From: a phage
NCBI GenBank assembly: GCA_019897865.1
Contig: GCA_019897865.1_4532.1
Reading direction: 5' to 3' (one strand)
Length of the DNA stretch: 64,000 nt
Position numbers and translations under genes: made by a program. How positions within the stretch are numbered: the first letter of the stretch is position 1; each line of letters starts with the position of its first letter. Positions 18,487-26,713 of the stretch are shown one piece after another. The notes under the pieces were generated by a model. The model was not told the origin of the DNA. It saw nothing but the letters and a program-made list of their open reading frames with translations, and did not search any database.

Positions 18487-19548
18487 TTAGCCTCCAATAT
18501 CGTACCAGTTTCCGTTAACGTTGCGCTGGAGGCGTTTGAAGTAAACCCCACCGATGTTATCCGCAGAGCTACGTCCTGTTTCCTGTACGATAATACCAGA
18601 AAGAACATAACCAGAAGAACAGATATAAGTCCAAGAAACCTCGTTCCCTGGTGGATAATACACACCTTGGCTAGTATAACGAATATCTCTTACAAAGGTT
18701 CCGTTAGCATAGTTGTAGTTATTTGTAATCTGACTTTGATGATTACTTTCTACATTGTTTATACGAGAAGAGAGGTTGTTGTTAACATTATTCAAGTTGT
18801 TTTGAACAGTGTTAATATTCGTCTGCAATGTGTTCTGAAGGGAAGTCAAACGAGAGTTCAGATAATCTAAACGAACTAAAGCATTTCCGTTAGAAGTGTC
18901 TTGTCCACTGTTTGATCTTGGATTATCTATTAGAACATAACCTGCATCATATAAACGAACACCTGCCGATACACTACCTGTGCTAGGATTTCTACGATAG
19001 ATGTAAAGCTGACCTCCGCTTTGATACTCGGCAGAAATCTCACCATTCGTTTGTCCTGCAAAGTTTTTGAAGAACAGTGTTGCAGGATCTGTTGTGGAAG
19101 TACCGTTAACATAAACATCACCACCATAAATAGCACCACCCGCATCACGTTTTACCAACACGTTTGGTGTTACTGTTGAACTAGTGGCATCCGTAATGTT
19201 TGCCGACAAGTGATTATGACTGTTATCTTGAACCTGGATAGATAAAGTAACTTCTTTGTTACCGTTCCAAGTAGCCTCACCAGTAGCATCACCTGCCATT
19301 GTAATCTTAGTTCCCACTAAAGGCAAGTAGGTATTAGGTAAAGTTGGAAGAAAGTCATCCACCAAATAGCGAATCCATAAACCGATATTATTAAGAATCC
19401 AGTTCATTTCTTCGCAAGTCATGATTTGACCATAATCCATACCAACTGTGCGGATGGTTTCTTTAGGTCTAATTTTGTTTGTGTTTAAAGTTCCTGGGAG
19501 CGTTACAGTTTGTGTAGCCCAGTCAGGATAATATATTGGCTTCGCCAT
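18487..19548 (-). CDS. Tail fiber protein (P2 gpH-like position)
   Basis: 353 aa, Asn/Thr/Ser/Gly-rich; follows baseplate J/I-like genes. Confidence 0.5.
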   Translation of the reverse strand: MAKPIYYPDWATQTVTLPGTLNTNKIRPKETIRTVGMDYGQIMTCEEMNWILNNIGLWIRYLVDDFLPTLPNTYLPLVGTKITMAGDATGEATWNGNKEVTLSIQVQDNSHNHLSANITDATSSTVTPNVLVKRDAGGAIYGGDVYVNGTSTTDPATLFFKNFAGQTNGEISAEYQSGGQLYIYRRNPSTGSVSAGVRLYDAGYVLIDNPRSNSGQDTSNGNALVRLDYLNSRLTSLQNTLQTNINTVQNNLNNVNNNLSSRINNVESNHQSQITNNYNYANGTFVRDIRYTSQGVYYPPGNEVSWTYICSSGYVLSGIIVQETGRSSADNIGGVYFKRLQRNVNGNWYDIGG

Positions 19549-19557
19549 TTAAACTCC

Positions 19558-20187
19558 TTAATCTATTTGCTTGAGAAGCGTACACATGCGTCCTGTTTCA
19601 TCCCCAGTAGATTCCATGTACAGGGAACCTAAACCACCAATACCATGAGGCGGTTTGGTAGCATAATAAGAACTAAAACCAAAAGCTGATCCTGCTTTTG
19701 CTCCAAGACGGTAGCTACTAATAATAGGGAAAACACTTAGCAACTGCTCTAAAGCTTGATCAGATTGAAGACACAGGTTGTAGAAAAACACATCAAAGGT
19801 TTTATTCAAACCTACGTAAGTATTAAGCGTTTCACGCTCTGTTCCTGTGAAACGGGCGAAGATATCAATTATGTCACCACGAGTCCCCGATGAGGCTACG
19901 CGGTAAGCCCTGATTTTTAATATTGTTCTATACTCTTCATCATCAGAGCCATTACGTTCGATCCCCATTTCTTCTCCTAAGATATCTAGGTATTTGCCTG
20001 TGGCTGTGGAGATCAAGCGGTGTTTAGCAAGATAGATCATTGCCTGATCTATCTTTTGCTTTTCACTGGATACGATGTAGAGGAGCTTGACAATGTTAGG
20101 AGAAGATTTAAAATCTTCAATCAGAAGGTTTTTAACGTCTTCATTGATACTGGCCCAAGTTGTTACATGGTCAACACTCACTGCCAT
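19558..20187 (-). CDS. Baseplate protein (P2 gpI-like position)
   Basis: 209 aa directly downstream of the J-like gene. Confidence 0.4.
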   Translation of the reverse strand: MAVSVDHVTTWASINEDVKNLLIEDFKSSPNIVKLLYIVSSEKQKIDQAMIYLAKHRLISTATGKYLDILGEEMGIERNGSDDEEYRTILKIRAYRVASSGTRGDIIDIFARFTGTERETLNTYVGLNKTFDVFFYNLCLQSDQALEQLLSVFPIISSYRLGAKAGSAFGFSSYYATKPPHGIGGLGSLYMESTGDETGRMCTLLKQID

Positions 20188-20189
20188 TT

Positions 20190-21677
20190 TTACACTCCAT
20201 ACTCGTAAGAAATGTTATCAAGGTCAAAAGAAGGGACAACATTATAAGCAGGAACTATATTATTCTCTGTATATTTACTGTCATCCTCAGTATTAAGTTT
20301 AACATAAACACGAAGAGAAGTCAAGCGTCCAAAAGCAAGTGCTGCATAAATAACACCTTTGATTTGATCGTTCGTTACTGAAGAACCTAACTCAAAGTAA
20401 GCTTGCAGGTTTTGTAAAGCTTCTACGATGTTTTGTTTTTCTGTTCCACTTAAAGTTGTTCCGTTGACAGTTTGATAAACAAGTTTTACGGAATACATAG
20501 CAGAAGCACCAGGAGAGAAGCGAATAATTTCTTGTCCTCCATCTTCTGTTGTAACTGTTATGTTTGTTGTTCCGTGTGTCAAAGTGTTGATTGGTTTGGT
20601 TTTATAGATAACATTTGCAATTTCTTCTGCACTGCCACCATAAACTATAGTCTGGAAAGTCATAGCTGGAGCATGTTCTTGATCATGTAATGTAGGGTTA
20701 TCATAAATCTTCACCTTAGTAACACCATCTGTAAGTAGCAGAGCTTTCACAATAGCTGCTCGTGTCCCTGCGTTAGCTTCGTCAACGTTGTCATTGAAAC
20801 GAGAGCGGAATTCTGCGTCTGTCTCAACATCTCGACCAGGGGAAAATGAATAGAAGTTACCACTATCAAGATAACCTGTAAAGGTAGAAGATATCCCTGT
20901 AATAGACTCCACACCCACCGGATTGTATCCTTTCTCTGCTGCAACTACCGGAATTTCACTCCATTTGGTTCCAACTGGAACACTAGCATAAAATTTGATA
21001 GGAGTTACTAGTCCCACTGGAGTATCACTGGTTAAAGAAGTAAAACCAATTGACAAGTTACCAGAATCAGAAAATACAAGACTACGATCAGCCTCTGTTA
21101 AGTTTGCCTTGATAAAAGTTTCAAGATCGGCTATAAATGTAGAAGAACCAGGTGCAAGTGTTTTACTGTTTAGTCCTCCATCTATCGCACTTTGTGCATA
21201 AAAAGTAATATTTGGAACACCTGTAGCAGTTGCATTAGCACGAGAAATTTGATAAGCTGCAATCTTAGCATTCAACATAGTTGGTGTGCTAACATAGTAG
21301 TTCATATCGCTATCAGAGTTGAAATAAATATCTGTGCCTAACTCGTAAGTCCAAGCTGCTTTGTTATTACTTTTAACATATGCATATCCTGTACTTGCTG
21401 CCGCCCCTGCTCGATAGAAACCACGTTTAGAAAAGATTTCATCAAGATAAATACCTTCTGCACCATCCAGTGTTTGAGTATTATAAACCCCTTGCATACC
21501 TTCCCACAATGTGTAATCTGTGTATGCAATTATTCTAAACAGTTGTCCGATCACAGTATCTTCCGAAGTGGCTGCATCTGCACCAAATGTGTTTTTTACT
21601 GCTGTCATGTAGTTGTTTAAAACATCGTCAAAAGTCGGGATTACAAATCCCGCATCTGTCAAACCATATTCGTCCAT
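20190..21677 (-). CDS. Baseplate J-like (wedge) protein
   Basis: 495 aa; N-terminal region has baseplate J-like character; gene order J-I-H-G as in P2-like baseplates. Confidence 0.5.
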   Translation of the reverse strand: MDEYGLTDAGFVIPTFDDVLNNYMTAVKNTFGADAATSEDTVIGQLFRIIAYTDYTLWEGMQGVYNTQTLDGAEGIYLDEIFSKRGFYRAGAAASTGYAYVKSNNKAAWTYELGTDIYFNSDSDMNYYVSTPTMLNAKIAAYQISRANATATGVPNITFYAQSAIDGGLNSKTLAPGSSTFIADLETFIKANLTEADRSLVFSDSGNLSIGFTSLTSDTPVGLVTPIKFYASVPVGTKWSEIPVVAAEKGYNPVGVESITGISSTFTGYLDSGNFYSFSPGRDVETDAEFRSRFNDNVDEANAGTRAAIVKALLLTDGVTKVKIYDNPTLHDQEHAPAMTFQTIVYGGSAEEIANVIYKTKPINTLTHGTTNITVTTEDGGQEIIRFSPGASAMYSVKLVYQTVNGTTLSGTEKQNIVEALQNLQAYFELGSSVTNDQIKGVIYAALAFGRLTSLRVYVKLNTEDDSKYTENNIVPAYNVVPSFDLDNISYEYGV

Positions 21678-21919
21678 TAGTCATCCTCTTTGGTAGATTG
21701 TGATCTGCCCCAGCGTAAATCAATAAGATTTTTCATGAGGCGAGAAGGAGTTATCATGAAAACAAAAGCCCAACCCATCCATTCAGGAATTTCTTTTTCT
21801 ATTCCTAAAAAGATAAACATGCCTGTCATGGTTAGCATTCCCAGTGCGTTCCACACTTTAGTAGAACTGATTTTGTTGTTTGGATAAGTACAAAACATTC
21901 CGATTAAAAACTTTCTCAT
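21677..21919 (-). CDS. Small membrane protein (2 predicted TM helices)
   Basis: 80 aa with two hydrophobic stretches; holin-like topology but located in the tail module. Confidence 0.35.
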   Translation of the reverse strand: MRKFLIGMFCTYPNNKISSTKVWNALGMLTMTGMFIFLGIEKEIPEWMGWAFVFMITPSRLMKNLIDLRWGRSQSTKEDD

Positions 21920-22227
21920 GGTGCGTTCTCATTACTTTTTAAATCACGATATACAGCTAATTCCCCAAGGTCTACAGAACCCGCTGAATGCACAAGTACA
22001 GCAGCAGTACTAAGGCTTATAGCAGTAACCCCAGAACCAAGGTTAGCTGGTAAGGAGTAAGCACGCTGTGACACTTTGTCATAAATGACTTTGTAACCAC
22101 CTAAGTCTACACCTACAGCAAAGTAGACTACTTCATTCTGTTTAACACCAAACTTACGAGCAATGGCTTGTTTATTGGTAAGAATACCAGTGGAGCCTTT
22201 ACCACCTTGACTAAACATTTCGTTCAT
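21916..22227 (-). CDS. Small protein homologous to an internal module of the 1017-aa tailspike
   Basis: 103 aa; ARKFGVKQNEVVYFAVGV...SLPANLGSGVTAIS...SAGSVDLGELAVYRD aligns with ARKYGLLDDEVAYATAGQ...TLPPNITGTLTSLS...SGGSVDLSALAVERG of 14539..17592. Confidence 0.45.
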   Translation of the reverse strand: MNEMFSQGGKGSTGILTNKQAIARKFGVKQNEVVYFAVGVDLGGYKVIYDKVSQRAYSLPANLGSGVTAISLSTAAVLVHSAGSVDLGELAVYRDLKSNENAP

Positions 22228-22272
22228 ATGTACCTCAAATTATTTTACCCCCCTCCTTCGGGGGGTTTTTCA

Positions 22273-24543
22273 TTATCTGACTACGAATTTACCAAGGCTA
22301 ATATCGTTTATCAGAGTTGCAACGATGTTTGCCAGTTGGGTGGTTGTTAACGTGTTCACATCACCACCACGCAACTGTCCAGCGTTGGTGAACGGGAATT
22401 GTTGCGGGGTTGCGCTATTGGCAAACTGGTTGTTAGCCTCATAACGTTTTGTTGGTACAGGGTTGTACCCAATACTGCCTGTGGTTGTGTCAGGAGCCAC
22501 GCAGTTCGTAATATTCACTATAGCGGCAGAACCACTACCATTTGTATATATTGGCCTGTTAACCGTTCCGAATGGTTGCACAGCTACCAGTCTGTTAACA
22601 ATAACACTCTGTGAGGCTAGCGCCTGTAAATAAGATTCTGCGCTCCCGTTGCACCCCCTCAAGTTCACATTATCAACATCTATGTGGCGGCAGTTAATGA
22701 TGACGATATAATGCCCATTTTCTGTGTTAGGGTAAGCGCCTACTATGCGAACATTTTTTAATGTTAAATCCGTGGTTGGAACCGCAGCAGGCCCACCGTT
22801 GAAAACAAACCCTTTTGCACCATTTGCAAGTGCGTGTATCGTAATGCCGTCAAACTCGATGTCGGCAAGATTAGTCGTGGTATTGGCTGAGTTTGCCAAA
22901 AAATAAACAGCCTCAGCAGAGCAACCTGATATCAAGAAGTTAGAAAAACGCATCCTTGTGTTTTCTACCGGATAGAAGCGGCATAACAAACCCTGCGAGC
23001 AGTTACGAATAACAACGTTATCGTAGGATACGTCACTAGCTCCTTCAATTGCGACACCTGCGTTCGAACTTTCTACATATAGTCCAGTAACTACTCCATT
23101 ACGGAAATTCCCTCGAAGACCGTGGCTTTCACAGTTTTTGATTGTAACGGCGTTTATGTTAACTCTTGTGATAGCAGTGCCATCACCATAACCGTTCACA
23201 AGGTCGTCTGACTGAATACGCAAACCGTTACCACCAGAGGTATTAATGCTCACATCGTTAATCATAAGATTAAGCGTACGGTTTGGGCGACGTGATGAGA
23301 AGAACAAGGATGAGGCCCAAGTGTTTCTGCAACGGATATGATGGACGTGCGCCTCTGTGGGGTCGTTAACAATAATTGCCATGCCTTGACGATTGCTGCC
23401 GTCCGGCTGTTGGATTTTCCCACGTCCACAATCGTGTGAATACAGACTGTCAGCCAACGCCCAGCGACCATAATCCATTGTTACGTTACTGTTCCACGCA
23501 CCTTGTAATTCACACCCTGAAAGCTCAAGCGTGCCAGTGGATTGCATAGCTAGCCCAACCCCAGGGTCAAATGACGCATCCTGTCGGTAGAAATCGAACA
23601 GGAAGTTGCCAACAATGCGGATGTCATATGGCGTATAGTCATATTCCTGGTTTGTTTCGTTCCAGGTTCGTGGTGATCTCAACCAGAACTGACGTGAATC
23701 AACGGTTACTTTTGGCAGCAATGGCTTGAGTCGGATGTCTCCCTGAATAATGAAGATTCCTTCAACATTCACAGGAGAATAACCAATGTAGATATTACCA
23801 GCCTTTGGCAACAAACGAGTAAGCTGTGCATCATTCTGGGCAATCTTCCATCCAGTAACTACTTCGTTAAAAAATGATGCCGGGAATAGCTCGTATGTCT
23901 CATTAATTACAGTTTGATCAAAACTGGTCACAGTCACCGATGAAGTAAGTGCAGAATCTAGCATCATCAGTTTGCCATTCACCCTAATAAACATTACTCC
24001 GGACGGGATAACATCACCGACAGACAACGAACGATTGTTCTCTGTTGGGAAGCAGGAACCACCGTAAAAACCTGATGATACGTTGGTAGAAAAATCACTG
24101 TATTTCACCCAGGCATTTGACGATACTCCGCCAGTACTATCCGGAGTAGAATTATCAGAAATAGTTTTTGGGAAAGAGCCTGCCCAGGTGTAACACTGAC
24201 CCGCTGCGATATGCCAAACCGCATCCTCTTTACTGTTTACTGTAGCGCCTTCTTCAAAGCTACCATTGACAAGGGTTAACCCTGCCTCAGCAAGACTACG
24301 ACGCCACTGTTCACGATCATTAAGAAGATTGTTATTCAACTCTTCCTGAACAGTATTACCATTTGAGGATTGTATTAAATCTGCTCCATCTGTATCTTTC
24401 AACTGGGTGGCTAAAACCACCCCAATGTCAGTAAGAAAGTTGGAAACTGTGCTTTTAACAGTTTTATCAGGTTGATCTAAAACCAGGTAATCTGAACCAT
24501 TAACTTTTGATGTTTCGGGTAAATTAGTAATTGTAGTTGACAT
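22273..24543 (-). CDS. Tailspike protein (parallel beta-helix, pectate-lyase-like depolymerase)
   Basis: 756 aa; beta-helix repeats (NCESHGLRGNFRNGVVTGLYVESSNAGVAIEG..., NVVIRNCSQGL...); conserved anchor motif CYTWAGSFPKTISDNSTPDSTGG. Confidence 0.7.
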   Translation of the reverse strand: MSTTITNLPETSKVNGSDYLVLDQPDKTVKSTVSNFLTDIGVVLATQLKDTDGADLIQSSNGNTVQEELNNNLLNDREQWRRSLAEAGLTLVNGSFEEGATVNSKEDAVWHIAAGQCYTWAGSFPKTISDNSTPDSTGGVSSNAWVKYSDFSTNVSSGFYGGSCFPTENNRSLSVGDVIPSGVMFIRVNGKLMMLDSALTSSVTVTSFDQTVINETYELFPASFFNEVVTGWKIAQNDAQLTRLLPKAGNIYIGYSPVNVEGIFIIQGDIRLKPLLPKVTVDSRQFWLRSPRTWNETNQEYDYTPYDIRIVGNFLFDFYRQDASFDPGVGLAMQSTGTLELSGCELQGAWNSNVTMDYGRWALADSLYSHDCGRGKIQQPDGSNRQGMAIIVNDPTEAHVHHIRCRNTWASSLFFSSRRPNRTLNLMINDVSINTSGGNGLRIQSDDLVNGYGDGTAITRVNINAVTIKNCESHGLRGNFRNGVVTGLYVESSNAGVAIEGASDVSYDNVVIRNCSQGLLCRFYPVENTRMRFSNFLISGCSAEAVYFLANSANTTTNLADIEFDGITIHALANGAKGFVFNGGPAAVPTTDLTLKNVRIVGAYPNTENGHYIVIINCRHIDVDNVNLRGCNGSAESYLQALASQSVIVNRLVAVQPFGTVNRPIYTNGSGSAAIVNITNCVAPDTTTGSIGYNPVPTKRYEANNQFANSATPQQFPFTNAGQLRGGDVNTLTTTQLANIVATLINDISLGKFVVR

Positions 24544-24551
24544 TTTTACTC

Positions 24552-26705
24552 CTATATATAAAATTTTTGTGTTGTTACTAAATCTTCTCCAGATTTAGTG
24601 GCTAATGTAATTCCACTTATGGTGGCAATCTCAACATTTACCTGTTTAAGAGTGATATCCTGTAAATAAACGTTCAAAGGCACGTTACCCATATAGAAAA
24701 CTTGGGATTGAGAATTAACTACCGTGATAGAATCGTGCATTATTTGAGGATAGGCCCATATATATTGTGTAAGTCCGTCAAACTTATTGGCGTTCAACAC
24801 TATGTTACCTATAATCATTTTCCAAAGATACGTGCGGTAGTTTGATTCAGGATCAAAGCCATACAAAGGTGCAAGAGTAGCATCTGGAACAAAACCTGCA
24901 AGATAATGTATCTTATCATAACTAAAACCTAATTGTTCATTAGGTATTGTGATAGCGTCAAAAGATTTTTCCATCTTACCTTCCAACAACCAGTCATAAC
25001 ATTCTGAACAATAAAAGTCGAAGTTTTCTGGGATATAATAATCTTTAGGGAAGTTAACAAACTCCATCATACCGTTACCTAAAATGGATGGCACAAATGG
25101 TAATAATGTAACTTTAGCTCCAGGATAGGCTAATCTAGTATCTGTTGCAAACTTTGCAACTCTTAATCCTAGTTTACGAGACAAAAATGCATAGTATTCG
25201 TCAAACGGTGTTCCTGTTTTATAATTATCTATTGTTCCTACATCTTGTGCAAATAAACCTGTTTCTGTGTTGAATGCTAGTTTAGTAGTGTAATCGTATA
25301 TACAAGGCATTTTACTCGCTGTATTATACCACCACCAAGGCTCACCAATTTGAATGACAACTGGAATATTATTAGCTTGCGAAATAGATGCTATTTTATT
25401 AATAACATTTTGCAAATATTTCATACCTTCGTCAATAGTTGGAGACAACACGTAACTAGGAGGCTTATACCCTGTTGCTGCAAGAGCATCGTTCCAATCA
25501 TGCTGGACCCATTCAACAGGACAAACTGTGCTCATCAACTCAAAACTTAAAGAGTTCATTATTGTGTAACCCTTCTCGTTCGCTATAGAATGGAAACTAT
25601 TTAGCCAAGCTTCTGTAGCTGGATTCAGGAAGACAGATCTATTTAAAGCCCAAGATGTTCCGTTCCATGAGAACTCATAATAGTGAGACATTCCATTGTA
25701 ATGGTTAATCATTCCACGATAACCTAGCGCATATGTATTATAAATAACTCTCTCTGGAGTCAGATTATACATATCGTCATAAGATGTGCACATGCGAATA
25801 TCATGTTCAGGCTGGACAAGGTTACTGACTTTCATCATACTATAACCAGAAGTAGGTTCAAGAAGAGTGAAAGTAAACCAAGCCTCTTGACTATCAATAG
25901 GCACAATCTCTTCTATTTCTTCATACCTTGCTGTAATCAAAGAGAAGAAAATATTATCTACAGCACTCATGTCCAAAGGAATATCATTATTAGGACCAGA
26001 GAAGATATTACCAAAATCTAATTTGATTGTAGCTGTTTTACCATCTTCTGAAATATCTGAAGCATAAAATCCTAAACTAACATAGTGGACACTTTTATCC
26101 AAGAGAGTTACAGTCAAAGTTGGCACCAAAGGTTCTTCTTTAAAACCTGGCATGTTTTGACTAATTTCCATTTTAAACCAAAGTTTCTCTGAACTTAAAT
26201 CTGTGTGGGGTAAATACCCAACACCTTTATGGTCATATTTGTCAACTGTGCTCCAGATAACCCCTGCCAAACCTGCTGTTGTTCTGTTTACAAATCTTGC
26301 AGTAAAAGAGTCTCCATGAGATACAATAGAACAACTTTCCGTTGCTTGAGAATCTATTGTCCAATACATAGGAGAGAACATTTTAACGTCTTTTGTAGTC
26401 CAAGTTATTGGAGTAGTATTTTCTTGGATCGTAGTTATAATACAGTTGATGGTCGTTTCAACCATCATGTTATTTTGACTAATCCCTGAAACTTGGAGGG
26501 AGAAGTTAAGATCTATTGAGTTCTTTGGTCGTTCAAATACTTCAACCACAATGGTAGCAGAATCAGCATCATCAGGGAACACAAGTGTTCCCGATTTTGC
26601 AATATAATCTCTACCAGCGACTGCTGTTCCGTCAACAGTCGTGTAGTTAAATGAACTCGCATTTACTCTTTTGTCTCGCGTGACAGTAAATATAGCTTGT
26701 TTCAT
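24552..26705 (-). CDS. Tailspike/tail fiber protein with N-terminal Calx-beta-like domain
   Basis: 717 aa; N-terminus TVTRDKRVNASSFNYTTVDGTAVAGRDYIAKSGTLVFPDDADSATIVVEV fits the Calx-beta pattern. Confidence 0.6.
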   Translation of the reverse strand: MKQAIFTVTRDKRVNASSFNYTTVDGTAVAGRDYIAKSGTLVFPDDADSATIVVEVFERPKNSIDLNFSLQVSGISQNNMMVETTINCIITTIQENTTPITWTTKDVKMFSPMYWTIDSQATESCSIVSHGDSFTARFVNRTTAGLAGVIWSTVDKYDHKGVGYLPHTDLSSEKLWFKMEISQNMPGFKEEPLVPTLTVTLLDKSVHYVSLGFYASDISEDGKTATIKLDFGNIFSGPNNDIPLDMSAVDNIFFSLITARYEEIEEIVPIDSQEAWFTFTLLEPTSGYSMMKVSNLVQPEHDIRMCTSYDDMYNLTPERVIYNTYALGYRGMINHYNGMSHYYEFSWNGTSWALNRSVFLNPATEAWLNSFHSIANEKGYTIMNSLSFELMSTVCPVEWVQHDWNDALAATGYKPPSYVLSPTIDEGMKYLQNVINKIASISQANNIPVVIQIGEPWWWYNTASKMPCIYDYTTKLAFNTETGLFAQDVGTIDNYKTGTPFDEYYAFLSRKLGLRVAKFATDTRLAYPGAKVTLLPFVPSILGNGMMEFVNFPKDYYIPENFDFYCSECYDWLLEGKMEKSFDAITIPNEQLGFSYDKIHYLAGFVPDATLAPLYGFDPESNYRTYLWKMIIGNIVLNANKFDGLTQYIWAYPQIMHDSITVVNSQSQVFYMGNVPLNVYLQDITLKQVNVEIATISGITLATKSGEDLVTTQKFYI

Positions 26706-26713
26706 TTTACCCC

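Noticed and set aside
22245-22270. GC-rich hairpin CCCCCC-TCCTTC-GGGGGG followed by TTTTT on the plus strand between two minus-strand genes.
   Set aside because: The U-tract is on the plus strand while both flanking genes are on the minus strand, so its role as a terminator for the structural operon is doubtful; it may terminate antisense transcription or be a structural/processing hairpin.
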